From an uncultured bacterium (lineage in GTDB: Bacteria; Vulcanimicrobiota; CADAWZ01), in the NCBI GenBank assembly GCA_949288455.1, contig CASEKF010000001.1, positions 1-54,605 on the forward strand: a DNA stretch of 54,605 nucleotides. The letters are read 5' to 3'. This document shows, one piece after another, positions 29,400 through 38,935 of this stretch. The position numbers and the translations under genes are program-made. The notes under the pieces were generated by a model that was not told where the DNA came from, ran no database searches, and saw only the letters and a program-made list of their open reading frames with translations. Numbering within the stretch: the first letter of the stretch is position 1; each line of letters starts with the position of its first letter.

Positions 29400-29716
29400 A
29401 GTTTCAGCTCCTAAACATAAAAACTTCAAATTTAAAAAACAGACTCGAGGAAAAACGGAAATACAAAATTTAAGCTTCCGCAATCAATAATGAAAGCAAC
29501 TTTTTTAAATTATACCATGTAAAAAATAAAAATTACAAATTTAACGCTAAGATTTAAACATATACTAACGTTAATAAACAGCGCATATTTTATGAAAAAT
29601 AAAGTTTAAACATACTTCCATTCTAAGATTCATTATTTAAAACTTTTTTAAATTAATATTCAGAAGATATATTTAAAATATCAAACGAAAACACAAAACA
29701 TTCATAAGAATTATCT

Positions 29717-29744
29717 TTACATTCTAATGACTATGAGGTATAAT
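29717..29744 (+). promoter_or_regulatory. Sigma70-like promoter (TTACAT, 16-nt spacer, TATAAT)
   Basis: Read directly from the DNA. It sits about 40 nt upstream of the 29782 gene. Confidence 0.5.
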
Positions 29745-29781
29745 AAAAACGAAGTATTTTTTTGAAAGGAGTAAATAACAA

Positions 29782-30330
29782 ATGGAAGAACTGATCGACG
29801 GAACTGAAACTAAAAACATCGGATTAGAATCTCTAAAAAGTTTTTTTTCCGTTACAAGCGGCCTTACCTTATCTCAAGTCAAAGAAATCACGGGAATGAG
29901 TTCGCCTTCCATTCAAAACTGGATAAACAGAGGCTGGCTGCCTTCTCCGGTAGCAAAAAAATATTCAATAAACCATATAGCTCGAATTCTTATTATCAAA
30001 AAGCTTAAATCAATTCTCAGCTTTGACAGGATAACGTTTTTGCTCTCATATATAAACGGAGATCTCGACGATACTTCAGACGACATTATAGAAGAGGCTA
30101 AACTTTACGAATATATATGCCACTTAAAATCGGCGGTAAAAGAGATCTCTATAATGGACAACGACGAACTTGACACAACGATAGAAAAATGTTTATCGGA
30201 TTATAACGAAACTACGCCCGGGGCTTATAAGCGTCTTTTCAAGGCCCTAAAAATTATAATTTTAGCTTTTTATAGTTCGTCCATAAAAAATTTGTGTCTT
30301 GAAATGATTGAGAATATAAAAGAGGAATGA
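29782..30330 (+). CDS. Hypothetical protein (possible HTH-containing)
   Basis: 182 aa with a GGAG RBS. The segment LSQVKEITGMSSPSIQNWINRGWLP looks helix-turn-helix-like. Confidence 0.5.
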   Translation: MEELIDGTETKNIGLESLKSFFSVTSGLTLSQVKEITGMSSPSIQNWINRGWLPSPVAKKYSINHIARILIIKKLKSILSFDRITFLLSYINGDLDDTSDDIIEEAKLYEYICHLKSAVKEISIMDNDELDTTIEKCLSDYNETTPGAYKRLFKALKIIILAFYSSSIKNLCLEMIENIKEE

Positions 30331-30417
30331 ATATATATTTAATTGAAGATTACTTTTATTGAGTTTAATTGACTTTAGGGTATAAATAAAATCAATTTTG
30401 AAAGAGAGCTCAAATTT

Positions 30418-30999
30418 ATGGCCGAATGGTGGGCATCACTTACCTTAATTCAAAAAATTTTTATGTATGCGGCGATTCCATCCTCATCAATGATTATTCT
30501 GATAGGACTAAGCTCCGTTATAGGATTAGGAGTCGAAGAGATAATCGATTTTGATTTTGACGATCCTTTTGAACTTCTCAATTTAAAAGGTCTTTTAGCT
30601 TTCTTTTCAATAGGAGGAATAATAGGATATTTATTAACGACTTATAATATACCCGGCATACTGGCAATAGCGGGAGCTTTAGCAAGCGGAACTTTAGCCG
30701 GAAAAACAGTTAGTAAAATTATATCTTCCATGCGTTCGTCTGAAATCGACGCAAAATTAAATTTAAACAATGCCATAGGAAAAAAAGGAAAAGTATATTT
30801 GACAATTCCTCCAAACGGAGAAGACTTTGGAAAAATACTTATACAATTCGGGGGAAGACTCAGAGAATTAAACGCGGTCTCAAATTGTCCTTCGGAAATA
30901 AAAACCGATGACGAAGTCATAGTCATAGACGTCAATAAAAACGATATGTTAATCGTAGAGCCGGCCACCAATTACATAAAAGAAAAAGACTTTGAATAA
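30418..30999 (+). CDS. NfeD-like membrane protein (OB-fold, flotillin-associated)
   Basis: Two N-terminal TM helices. A C-terminal beta-rich OB domain (GKKGKVYLTIPPNGEDFGKILIQ...DEVIVIDVNKNDMLIVEP) is typical of YuaF/NfeD. Confidence 0.7.
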   Translation: MAEWWASLTLIQKIFMYAAIPSSSMIILIGLSSVIGLGVEEIIDFDFDDPFELLNLKGLLAFFSIGGIIGYLLTTYNIPGILAIAGALASGTLAGKTVSKIISSMRSSEIDAKLNLNNAIGKKGKVYLTIPPNGEDFGKILIQFGGRLRELNAVSNCPSEIKTDDEVIVIDVNKNDMLIVEPATNYIKEKDFE

Positions 31000-31563
31000 A
31001 TTTGCTTATAACCCTCAAACAAGCGTAAGCGAATCAAGACATTACCTATGTTGCGCCTATAGAAACTATGAGTTTAACGATAATAAAATTCATAAAATAA
31101 AAGATATTATGATAAAAATAAAGAAACAATGTTAAGCGGCTTGTGATCTTTAATTCGCTTAGCTTAGTCTGCCGAATCGCCATCAAATTTAGAAAATATC
31201 CGTCGGACACAACGCTCATAAATAGCTAACTTAGAAAGGAAAAATATAATACAAACAATCGGCGCAGATTATTAAGACCGCTTCAAAACGCCGCTCAAGA
31301 TATTGCAAAAATTATAATATTCAGACGCCTGAACTAACGACAGCCAAAATGAATAGTTAGAAAATAATATTGGGAAGAGAAAAGCTGATTAAAGCGAAAA
31401 CTACAAATACAGCAGAATTGAGTAAAATAGGAGCTAAACTCATAATCCTCAATATTGATAAATGCGATTATAAGAAATTAATCTCAAAGAAAGTTATGGA
31501 GGTGATGCATATAGGAAACGCGTTCTGACAATGATAATAAAATAAAAATAAAGGAGAAGATAC

Positions 31564-33237
31564 ATGGAAGGTGTTACTTTAATATTACTGGGATTACTGA
31601 TAGTAGTCGTATTCGGCTTAGGCGGATGGCTAGCCTCAAGATTTGTCAAATGTCCCTCGGACAAAATTTTAGTCGTATACGGTATGGGAGCTAAAGACAG
31701 AGAACAAAACGCTAAATGTATAAAAGGCGGAGCGTTCGTCCTGCCGCTCATCCAAGAATATCAATTTTTAGATTTAACTCCAATAACAATTACGGCCGAC
31801 TTGCAAAACGCTCTGTCAAAACAAAACATAAGAGTAAACGCGCCGTCAAAATTTACGGTAGCCATATCAGACGATACAACTCTGATGAACAATGCGGCTA
31901 CCAGATTATTAGGATTGCCTCAAAACGCTATTCAGGATCTCGCAAAAGATATAATCTTCGGACAGATGAGACTGGCAATAGCCCAACTGGATATTGAGGA
32001 AATAAACTCTGAAAGAGATAAGCTGATTGATAAGGTAGCTAAAAATCTGGAAGCAGAATTGGGCAAAATCGGATTAAAACTCATAAACGTCAATATCTCC
32101 GACGTATCCGACGAATCAGGTTATCTTGAATCCTTAGGTAAAAAAGCTGCGGCGGAAGCTCTAAACGAAGCTAAAATCTCCGTGGCGGAAGAAGCAAGAA
32201 AAGGAGCTATAGGAGAAGCGAACGCCAGAAAAGCCCAAAGAATAGAAGTTTCTCAAGCTGAAGCGGAAGCGACCGTAGGAGAAGCGAACGCTAAAAAAGA
32301 AGAGAGAATACTAATAGCTCAAGCCGAAGCCGAAGCCTTAGCGGGAGAAGCTAATTCCAAAAAAGAGCAAAGAATTAAAGTCGCTCAGGCCGAAGCTGAA
32401 GCTATATCGGGAGAAGCTAATTCTAAAAAAGAACAAAGAATTAAAGTCGCTCAAGCCGATTCGCTTGCAATTATGGGAGAAAACGATGCGGACGCAAAAA
32501 TAGCCGAATCAAACGCGACTTTAAGAGAAAAGAGAGCCGAAGCGGCAAGAAGAGCCACCACGGCAGAAAAAATAAAAGCCGCCCAAGTGCTGCAAGAAGC
32601 TTACTCGGCCGAAAAAGCCGCGGAAGACGCGCGCGCAGAGAAGGAAGAGGCCACTTTGCAAGCCGATATTCTCGTAAAGGCCGAAATAGCCAAAAGAGAA
32701 AGAGAGATTCAAGCTCAAGCCGAAGCCGAACAAATCAAGATCAAAGCCAAAGGAGAAGCCGACGCAATCTACGCGAGAATGGAAGCCGAAGCTCGAGGCG
32801 TTCAGGAAATGCTCTCAAGACAAGCCGCCGGTATAGCCCAGTATGTTCAAGCGGCAGGCGGAACGTCTGAAGACGCTCTTAGAATGATGATAGCCGACAA
32901 AATTGAAACTCTGCTTTCAACTCAAGTCGAAGCCATTAAAAATATTAGAATCGATAAAGTTACCGTATGGGACGGAGGCTCTGAAAACGGAGCCAATTCA
33001 ACCGCTAATTTTCTGTCAGGTATGATGAAGGCGGTTCCTCCAATGCAAGACATATTTAACATGGCAGGCTTAGATCTTCCGTCGTATATAGCTAAAAAAG
33101 CCGTACCGGAGAATAAACCCGCAACTCCGGCCAAACAGATTCTGCCTCAAGGCCAAACGGTAAAAGCGGTAGCTCAGCCGGTTCCTCAACAACAACGAGT
33201 CGTTCAGAGACCCGCTATGGAACAAACAAGACAGTAA
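31564..33237 (+). CDS. Flotillin-like SPFH/band-7 protein (FloT/YqiK type)
   Basis: An N-terminal membrane anchor. The SPFH domain is followed by a long Ala/Glu-rich coiled-coil with EAEA repeats, the flotillin hallmark. The C-terminus is Gln/Pro-rich. Confidence 0.85.
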   Translation: MEGVTLILLGLLIVVVFGLGGWLASRFVKCPSDKILVVYGMGAKDREQNAKCIKGGAFVLPLIQEYQFLDLTPITITADLQNALSKQNIRVNAPSKFTVAISDDTTLMNNAATRLLGLPQNAIQDLAKDIIFGQMRLAIAQLDIEEINSERDKLIDKVAKNLEAELGKIGLKLINVNISDVSDESGYLESLGKKAAAEALNEAKISVAEEARKGAIGEANARKAQRIEVSQAEAEATVGEANAKKEERILIAQAEAEALAGEANSKKEQRIKVAQAEAEAISGEANSKKEQRIKVAQADSLAIMGENDADAKIAESNATLREKRAEAARRATTAEKIKAAQVLQEAYSAEKAAEDARAEKEEATLQADILVKAEIAKREREIQAQAEAEQIKIKAKGEADAIYARMEAEARGVQEMLSRQAAGIAQYVQAAGGTSEDALRMMIADKIETLLSTQVEAIKNIRIDKVTVWDGGSENGANSTANFLSGMMKAVPPMQDIFNMAGLDLPSYIAKKAVPENKPATPAKQILPQGQTVKAVAQPVPQQQRVVQRPAMEQTRQ

Positions 33238-33269
33238 GCTAATTAAAAAAATACAAACGTAAGCCTTTC

Positions 33270-33312
33270 AAGGAGAGACATTTTCTAAGGAAACCAGTCT
33301 CTCCTTGTTTTT
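33270..33312 (+). terminator. Rho-independent terminator after flotillin gene
   Basis: AAGGAGAGAC...GTCTCTCCTT stem followed by GTTTTT. Confidence 0.75.
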
Positions 33313-33541
33313 CTCTAAGCAATTTTATAACCGGGAATGAAACAAACGAAACTAAAATGCAAAACAGCTTAACAAAAACGATCTTAAGAGCTATTAAAAA
33401 TACAGCGATTGTACAGAATTTCGAGATAAAAATAGGACAGGATTAGAAGCGCTTACCGGCAAATAAAAGGAGAACGTATAGTTTTACGTAGAAAAAATAA
33501 TCGGAGAACAATCAAAAATAATTTATATTTCGGAGACGAAT

Positions 33542-34681
33542 ATGAAAGAAATGAGAATATCCGCCGCAATAACAATAATTCTAATAGCGGTCTTTGTATC
33601 CGTTCAATACGTTTCCGCCGAAATTCTCTCAAAATCGGAACAAAAAGCTTTAAAAAGAGGAATGAGATTCGAAAAGAAAAATAATTTTCAGGCGGCATTA
33701 AAAGAATACGGCAACATTCTAAAAACCAATCCTAACGCGTCCGAAGCCCTAGACAGAACGGCATATATTTATATGAAACTAGGCGAAGTTCAAAAAGCTG
33801 AAGAGGCCGCAAAAAAAGCTATTCAAGCGGGCGGAGCCTCTCCTGTCTCATATAATATAATAGGCCTTATGCATGAAAGGAACAATAATCTTGGCTACGC
33901 CGAAAAATATTACCTTAAAGCGATAGAAAAGGATCCCGAATACGCTTCGGCATACAATAATCTTGGTAATCTTTGCCTAAAAAGAGGCGAAGCTGACGAA
34001 AGCGTAAACTATTATAAAATTGCAATCGATAAAGATAACTCAAATCCGTTATTTTTCAACAACTTAGGGTATGCTTATGAGCTTAAAGGAGACTTTGAAG
34101 AAGCTCTGACATATTATCAAGAGGCCCGAAAGCTAAACGGCGGCGATATTTCGCAAAAACATATACAAAGACTTCAACGTAAAGCAACTCCTCAAAAATT
34201 ATCCGAAGAAAACATGCAAACGTTAAAATCTTTATGCGACATACGACTCCCGGAAAACTTCTACGTTTCCGAATATTTCTGCGATTTAACTAACGGATCG
34301 GCGGCTATATGGGAATCTACTACGGATCCCAATCAAAGATTTATCTTAAAAGAACTCCCGAAAGACAACGCCTTTACCGACACTATTTTTTCACAAATGG
34401 TATTTGAGCATAAAGAAGAACTCCTCAAAATGCTGGAAACGCTTTCGGGAACGGAAAATATGGAATTAACAGGGCAAGGGTACATACCGACTCCCAACAA
34501 AAAAATAATGTATATATACGCCGACTGCATAAAAGACAATATTCCTCTTGAAGGAATGTTCTGTATGATTTCCAAAAAAAAGCCGGCAAAGCATATCGTA
34601 ATTCTAATAATGGCAAATAAAGGATTTTTTAAACGTCCAAACGCCGAAATTTTTATAAAAAAAGCCGATAAGGGGCTTTAA
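33542..34681 (+). CDS. Tetratricopeptide-repeat protein with signal peptide and uncharacterised C-terminal domain
   Basis: A signal/anchor (ISAAITIILIAVFVSVQYVSA). At least four TPR units with W/L-G-Y, A-F, A-P spacing (AYNNLGNLCLKRGEADESVNYYKIAIDKDNSNPLFFNNLGYAYELKGDFEEALTYYQEA). Confidence 0.7.
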   Translation: MKEMRISAAITIILIAVFVSVQYVSAEILSKSEQKALKRGMRFEKKNNFQAALKEYGNILKTNPNASEALDRTAYIYMKLGEVQKAEEAAKKAIQAGGASPVSYNIIGLMHERNNNLGYAEKYYLKAIEKDPEYASAYNNLGNLCLKRGEADESVNYYKIAIDKDNSNPLFFNNLGYAYELKGDFEEALTYYQEARKLNGGDISQKHIQRLQRKATPQKLSEENMQTLKSLCDIRLPENFYVSEYFCDLTNGSAAIWESTTDPNQRFILKELPKDNAFTDTIFSQMVFEHKEELLKMLETLSGTENMELTGQGYIPTPNKKIMYIYADCIKDNIPLEGMFCMISKKKPAKHIVILIMANKGFFKRPNAEIFIKKADKGL

Positions 34682-34707
34682 ACCCTAAAAAAATATAACC
34701 TCCTATA

Positions 34708-37071
34708 CTATAATAAACGTCCAATTTGATACGTTACAAAAGCGATAATCCAAGCTATAAACGTCTGTACGAAAATAATCGCAAATGCATATTTAGTTCC
34801 TAATTCCTTTTTTACAACGGCTACAGCCGCTATGCACGGAGTATATAAAAGCGAAAATGTAAGAAAAACAAAAGCGGTAAGACCGGTAAAAACTTCGGGA
34901 AGTTTACTAACGTCCCCTCCCAAGAGAACGGTTAGAGAACTAACCACGCTTTCTTTAGCAATAAATCCTGTTAGAAAAGCGGTCGATATCCTCCAATCAG
35001 AAATACCTAAAGGCTGGAACACAGGAGATATAACGCTTCCAAGACTTGCAAGCAAACTATACGACGAATCAGAAACCAGATTAATCCTCATATCAAAAGT
35101 CTGAAGAAACCATATAATTATAGCGGCCCAGAATATAATAGTGAAAGCTCTCTGTACGAAATCTTTTGATTTTCCATATATAAGCCGAGCGACGTTCCGC
35201 GCGACCGGAGCTCTGTAATTAGGAAGCTCCAGAACAAAAGGAACGGCTTCGCCTTTATATATAAAGCGCTTCATAAATAACGCGAATAAAATACCTACCA
35301 AAACGCCTATCATATATAAAGCTATGATAACCTCAACTTTACGGTCGCTAAAAAAAGCGGCCGTAAACAAAGCGTAAATTGGCAATTTTGCCGAACAGCT
35401 CATAAAAGGAGTAAGTAAAATCGTCATTTTTCTATCTCTTGCAGAAGGCAGAGTACGAGCTGCCATAATCGCGGGAACAGAACATCCGAACCCCATAAGC
35501 ATCGGCACAAAACTCCTGCCCGAAAGACCTATCTTTCTCAAAAGCTTATCCATTATAAAAGCTACTCGAGCCATATAACCGGTATCTTCCAAAATAGACA
35601 AAAAGAAAAACAAAACTACTATTACCGGCAAAAAACTTAAAACGCTTCCGACGCCGGCAAATATTCCGTCAATAATAAGAGAATTAACTACAATATTTAA
35701 GCCGTAAGCTTTTAAAGCCTGATCCGTATAACTCGTAGCGGCTTTTATCCCCGATTCCATCCATTCCGACAGCGTTCCCCCGACAGGTCCGAAAGTCAAA
35801 TAAAAAATAACGGCCATAATAAATAAAAAAGCAGGCAAAGCAGTGTATTTTCCGGTTAAAATTTTATCTATGTTTAAAGACGTCTTGTAGCCGACTGTTT
35901 CTTTAGCTTTAGACACGAATCGAGAACATAAATTTTCAATAAAGTTAAAACGCATTCCGGCTATCGCAGCTTCTCGGTCAAGGCCTGATTCAACTTCCAT
36001 CTGTTTCGTTATATCTTCGCACAGAGCGATTTCTCTTTGCTCAAGATTCAATTTCTTAATAATCGATTCGTCGTTTTCCATCATAGCCGAAGCCGCAAAT
36101 CTGGCGGATAAACCAACGGCTTTCGCATGATCCTCAATTAAATGTATTATCGAGTGAATGTAACGGTGAATCGCGCCTTCTTTGCCGCCAATATCAAGAC
36201 AAAAATCAAGTCTTCCGGGCAACTCGGAATATCTGGCCACGTTTACGGCATGCTCGATAAGCTCTCCAAGACCTTCGTCTTTAGCCGCAGAAATAGGGAC
36301 TACAGGAACTCCCAAAGCCGACTCAAGACCATTTACGTCTATACTGCCTCCGCCTGAAGCTACTTCGTCCATCATATTTAAGGCAATGATCATAGGAATA
36401 TCAAGCTCGATAAGCTGCAAAGTCAAAAGTAAATTTCTTTCTACGTTAGTAGCGTCTACGATATTTATAATTCCATCAGGCTTTTCGTCTAAAAGAAAAT
36501 TCCTGGTAACCTGTTCTTCTACGCTATAAGGAGACAGAGAATAAACTCCCGGCAGATCCGTTACAGTAACGTTATCAAAGCCTTTGATCGTTCCGTCGGT
36601 ACGCTCGACCGTAACCCCGGGAAAATTGCCCACTTTTTGAGCTAAACCCGTCAATTTATTAAACAATGTCGTCTTACCGCAATTCTGGTTCCCAACAAGA
36701 GCGAGGCGAAGACTCCGATCTGCGTTTATATTATTGTTTTTGCGTTTTATATAAGTGTCCGTTTCCCCTTTCTGAGAATGCGCGACTTCATTGAATATCG
36801 TATTTTTACAAATGGCTACATGTTCTTTATGTATGCCTCTTATATAAATATTTTCAGCGTTTGCCTTTCTTATCGTCAATTCATATCCTCTTACTCTCAA
36901 TTCCAATGGATCGCCCATCGGAGCGGTTTTAATCACTACGACTTCAGCTCCGGGAGTAAGCCCCATATCTAACATTCGTTTTCTTAAAACTTTATCTTCA
37001 AATTCAATGGAAGATATTACGGCATGTTCGCCAATGTTTAAATCAATTAAAGATAATCGTTTGTTTTCCAT
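34708..37071 (-). CDS. feoB: Ferrous iron transporter FeoB with N-terminal fused FeoA domain
   Basis: The first ~75 aa form a FeoA SH3-like domain (GEHAVISSIEF...GLTPGAEVVV). Then the G-domain (VGNQNCGKTTLFNKLTG, DLPGVYSL), then a polytopic permease domain with gate motifs. Confidence 0.9.
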   Translation of the reverse strand: MENKRLSLIDLNIGEHAVISSIEFEDKVLRKRMLDMGLTPGAEVVVIKTAPMGDPLELRVRGYELTIRKANAENIYIRGIHKEHVAICKNTIFNEVAHSQKGETDTYIKRKNNNINADRSLRLALVGNQNCGKTTLFNKLTGLAQKVGNFPGVTVERTDGTIKGFDNVTVTDLPGVYSLSPYSVEEQVTRNFLLDEKPDGIINIVDATNVERNLLLTLQLIELDIPMIIALNMMDEVASGGGSIDVNGLESALGVPVVPISAAKDEGLGELIEHAVNVARYSELPGRLDFCLDIGGKEGAIHRYIHSIIHLIEDHAKAVGLSARFAASAMMENDESIIKKLNLEQREIALCEDITKQMEVESGLDREAAIAGMRFNFIENLCSRFVSKAKETVGYKTSLNIDKILTGKYTALPAFLFIMAVIFYLTFGPVGGTLSEWMESGIKAATSYTDQALKAYGLNIVVNSLIIDGIFAGVGSVLSFLPVIVVLFFFLSILEDTGYMARVAFIMDKLLRKIGLSGRSFVPMLMGFGCSVPAIMAARTLPSARDRKMTILLTPFMSCSAKLPIYALFTAAFFSDRKVEVIIALYMIGVLVGILFALFMKRFIYKGEAVPFVLELPNYRAPVARNVARLIYGKSKDFVQRAFTIIFWAAIIIWFLQTFDMRINLVSDSSYSLLASLGSVISPVFQPLGISDWRISTAFLTGFIAKESVVSSLTVLLGGDVSKLPEVFTGLTAFVFLTFSLLYTPCIAAVAVVKKELGTKYAFAIIFVQTFIAWIIAFVTYQIGRLL

Positions 37072-37127
37072 AAAATACCCCTGATACGATATGTTTCGAT
37101 TAATAGAAAATATACATTCTTACAAAG

Positions 37128-37157
37128 CCATAATGTTAACCATGGTTAACATTATGG
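37128..37157. promoter_or_regulatory. Perfect 30-bp palindrome CCATAATGTTAACCATGGTTAACATTATGG in feoAB promoter region, candidate metalloregulator operator
   Basis: Exact dyad symmetry 57-86 nt upstream of the feoAB start. A TATATT -10-like element lies just downstream. It sits directly after the DtxR-family repressor gene. Confidence 0.6.
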
Positions 37158-37235
37158 CTAAAAAAATAATAGCTTTAAGATTTAGGTAAATCTCCAGAGC
37201 TAAAATAAAAATTTTGAACTAAAAAATTTTACAAA

Positions 37236-37673
37236 TTATTTTTTCGATTCGTAAATTTTTTTAAAATTTTGCGCTATATGAACGTTTTCTTCCCGTTTTA
37301 GATACTCCATAAATTTCAACAAACGGTCTAAAATACCTTCTGAAATTACATGTTCAATTTTACAGGCTCCTGAAGAAGCTTCTTTAAATTCAACTCCAAG
37401 AACTCCGACAAAAAAATCCAAGAAAAGCTTATGCTTTTTTATAATATTTAAAGCCGCCGCTTTCCCTTCTTCAGTCAATGAAACAACGTCGTACTTCTCG
37501 TAATTAACCATACCTTTCATCGATAAATTTTTTAAGGCTTTCGTTACCGACGGACGTTTTACGTTTAATTTTTTAGCTATGTCGACAGCTCTAGCTCCTT
37601 GCTTATTCTCGACTAATTCATAAAAAGCTTCAAGATAATCTTCAAGGCTGGGAGTCAAATTTTCTTCAGTCAT
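37236..37673 (-). CDS. DtxR/MntR/TroR-family metal-dependent transcriptional repressor (no SH3 domain)
   Basis: 145 aa. An N-terminal winged helix (EDYLEAFYELVENKQGARAVDIAKKLNVKRPSVTKALKNL). The metal-binding/dimerisation helix region has conserved E/H/C. Confidence 0.85.
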   Translation of the reverse strand: MTEENLTPSLEDYLEAFYELVENKQGARAVDIAKKLNVKRPSVTKALKNLSMKGMVNYEKYDVVSLTEEGKAAALNIIKKHKLFLDFFVGVLGVEFKEASSGACKIEHVISEGILDRLLKFMEYLKREENVHIAQNFKKIYESKK

Positions 37674-37710
37674 TCTATAGAGAAACCTCTTTCAGATTCG
37701 TCGGCGAATA

Positions 37711-38754
37711 CTAGTCGTCCGGATCGACCGGAACGTAAGCGTTGATAATTTCAGCGACTTCTCTATCAGGCTTAACTCCGTAAGTCTGAACGGGATACTG
37801 CTTAAATTTAAAATCTAAAACCTCGTTGGTATCCGGATCCACCGTTAACTGAGAGACGCCGACAAACTTAGCGTGCGACCCGCTTTCAACTATATAAGTC
37901 TTACCCGGATATGCGCCGCAAACTATAGGTTTATCGGTAACTTTATGATCATGAGCCCCAATTATAAGATCAATATCTCTTATTGAGCGAACCATTCTTT
38001 CGTCTTCGCCTAATCCTTGATGTGTCAAAGCTATTATCACGTCGGCTTTTTCACGCAATTCAGGCATAATCCTGTCCATAGCCTGAATCGTACTTTCCTT
38101 AACCAGATCCTTTCCTACGTGAGGGTTAGCCTTAGTATGCATCTTAGGCTTTACAAGACCTACGAACGCGACGTTTAAACCGTCTATATTTCTAATTTCG
38201 TAAGGTTTAACGTTGTCCAGATAACCTCCGACCTTCTCGTCATGAACATTTGCGGAAAGGGCCTGAGCCTCCAGCTTATTTACAAAATCGTTAACGGCAG
38301 ACTCCTTGCCAAACTGGAATTCATGATTTCCAAGACTTATAAAATCATAATCCATTTCGTTTAAAATTTTCGTCATCGGCTCGAACTTATTATTAGAGCT
38401 AAACGGAGGATTATAAGTGGAATCTCCGCAATCTACCAAGATTGCGTCCGGATACTTTTTCTTCAAAGCTTCTACGACTCCCGCAAGCTTTGGCATATCG
38501 TCATATTTGCCATGGAGATCGTTCGTGCTGATAATCGTAATTGTAACGGGCTCGGCATCTGAAGACGCATCTTTAATTAGTTTTGCTTCCGAAAGAGGAA
38601 GACCTGAACTTAAAACAAAGGCGTCGTCTTGAGAAAAAATTGATAAATCGCCTGAAGAACCGGATGACGGATGAGACTCGGTTGCGCTAGAGTCATACAA
38701 CCTGGACTGATAGCCGGAAAGATTAAGAGAATTTATAGGATTCATAATCACCAA
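37711..38754 (-). CDS. Calcineurin-like metallophosphoesterase (5'-nucleotidase N-terminal-domain type), Ser-rich N-terminus
   Basis: Motifs TNDLHG, DCGDS, LGNHEF, HQG, GAHDH. At 347 aa it has no C-terminal 5'-nucleotidase substrate domain. A paralog lies at 45045-46070. Confidence 0.75.
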   Translation of the reverse strand: MVIMNPINSLNLSGYQSRLYDSSATESHPSSGSSGDLSIFSQDDAFVLSSGLPLSEAKLIKDASSDAEPVTITIISTNDLHGKYDDMPKLAGVVEALKKKYPDAILVDCGDSTYNPPFSSNNKFEPMTKILNEMDYDFISLGNHEFQFGKESAVNDFVNKLEAQALSANVHDEKVGGYLDNVKPYEIRNIDGLNVAFVGLVKPKMHTKANPHVGKDLVKESTIQAMDRIMPELREKADVIIALTHQGLGEDERMVRSIRDIDLIIGAHDHKVTDKPIVCGAYPGKTYIVESGSHAKFVGVSQLTVDPDTNEVLDFKFKQYPVQTYGVKPDREVAEIINAYVPVDPDD

Positions 38755-38935
38755 CCCAGTTTTATTAATCTTATATTTATCAGCATTATATCATAAACTC
38801 GAGTAATTAAAAAGATCCTGTTTGTTAACAAAAGTATTATCTAAATTATAGAAGAAAGAACTAAAACCATACGCGTTCTATCTTACGCAAATATTACCGG
38901 AAAGCCTCAATCGGCAACGAACGTTAAATTACTTG

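Noticed and set aside
31494-31751. An 85-aa minus-strand ORF in the NfeD-flotillin spacer.
   Set aside because: It overlaps the flotillin start and its RBS on the opposite strand, has no RBS of its own, and has an odd composition. The spacer is treated as noncoding, but see the finding at 30999-31564.
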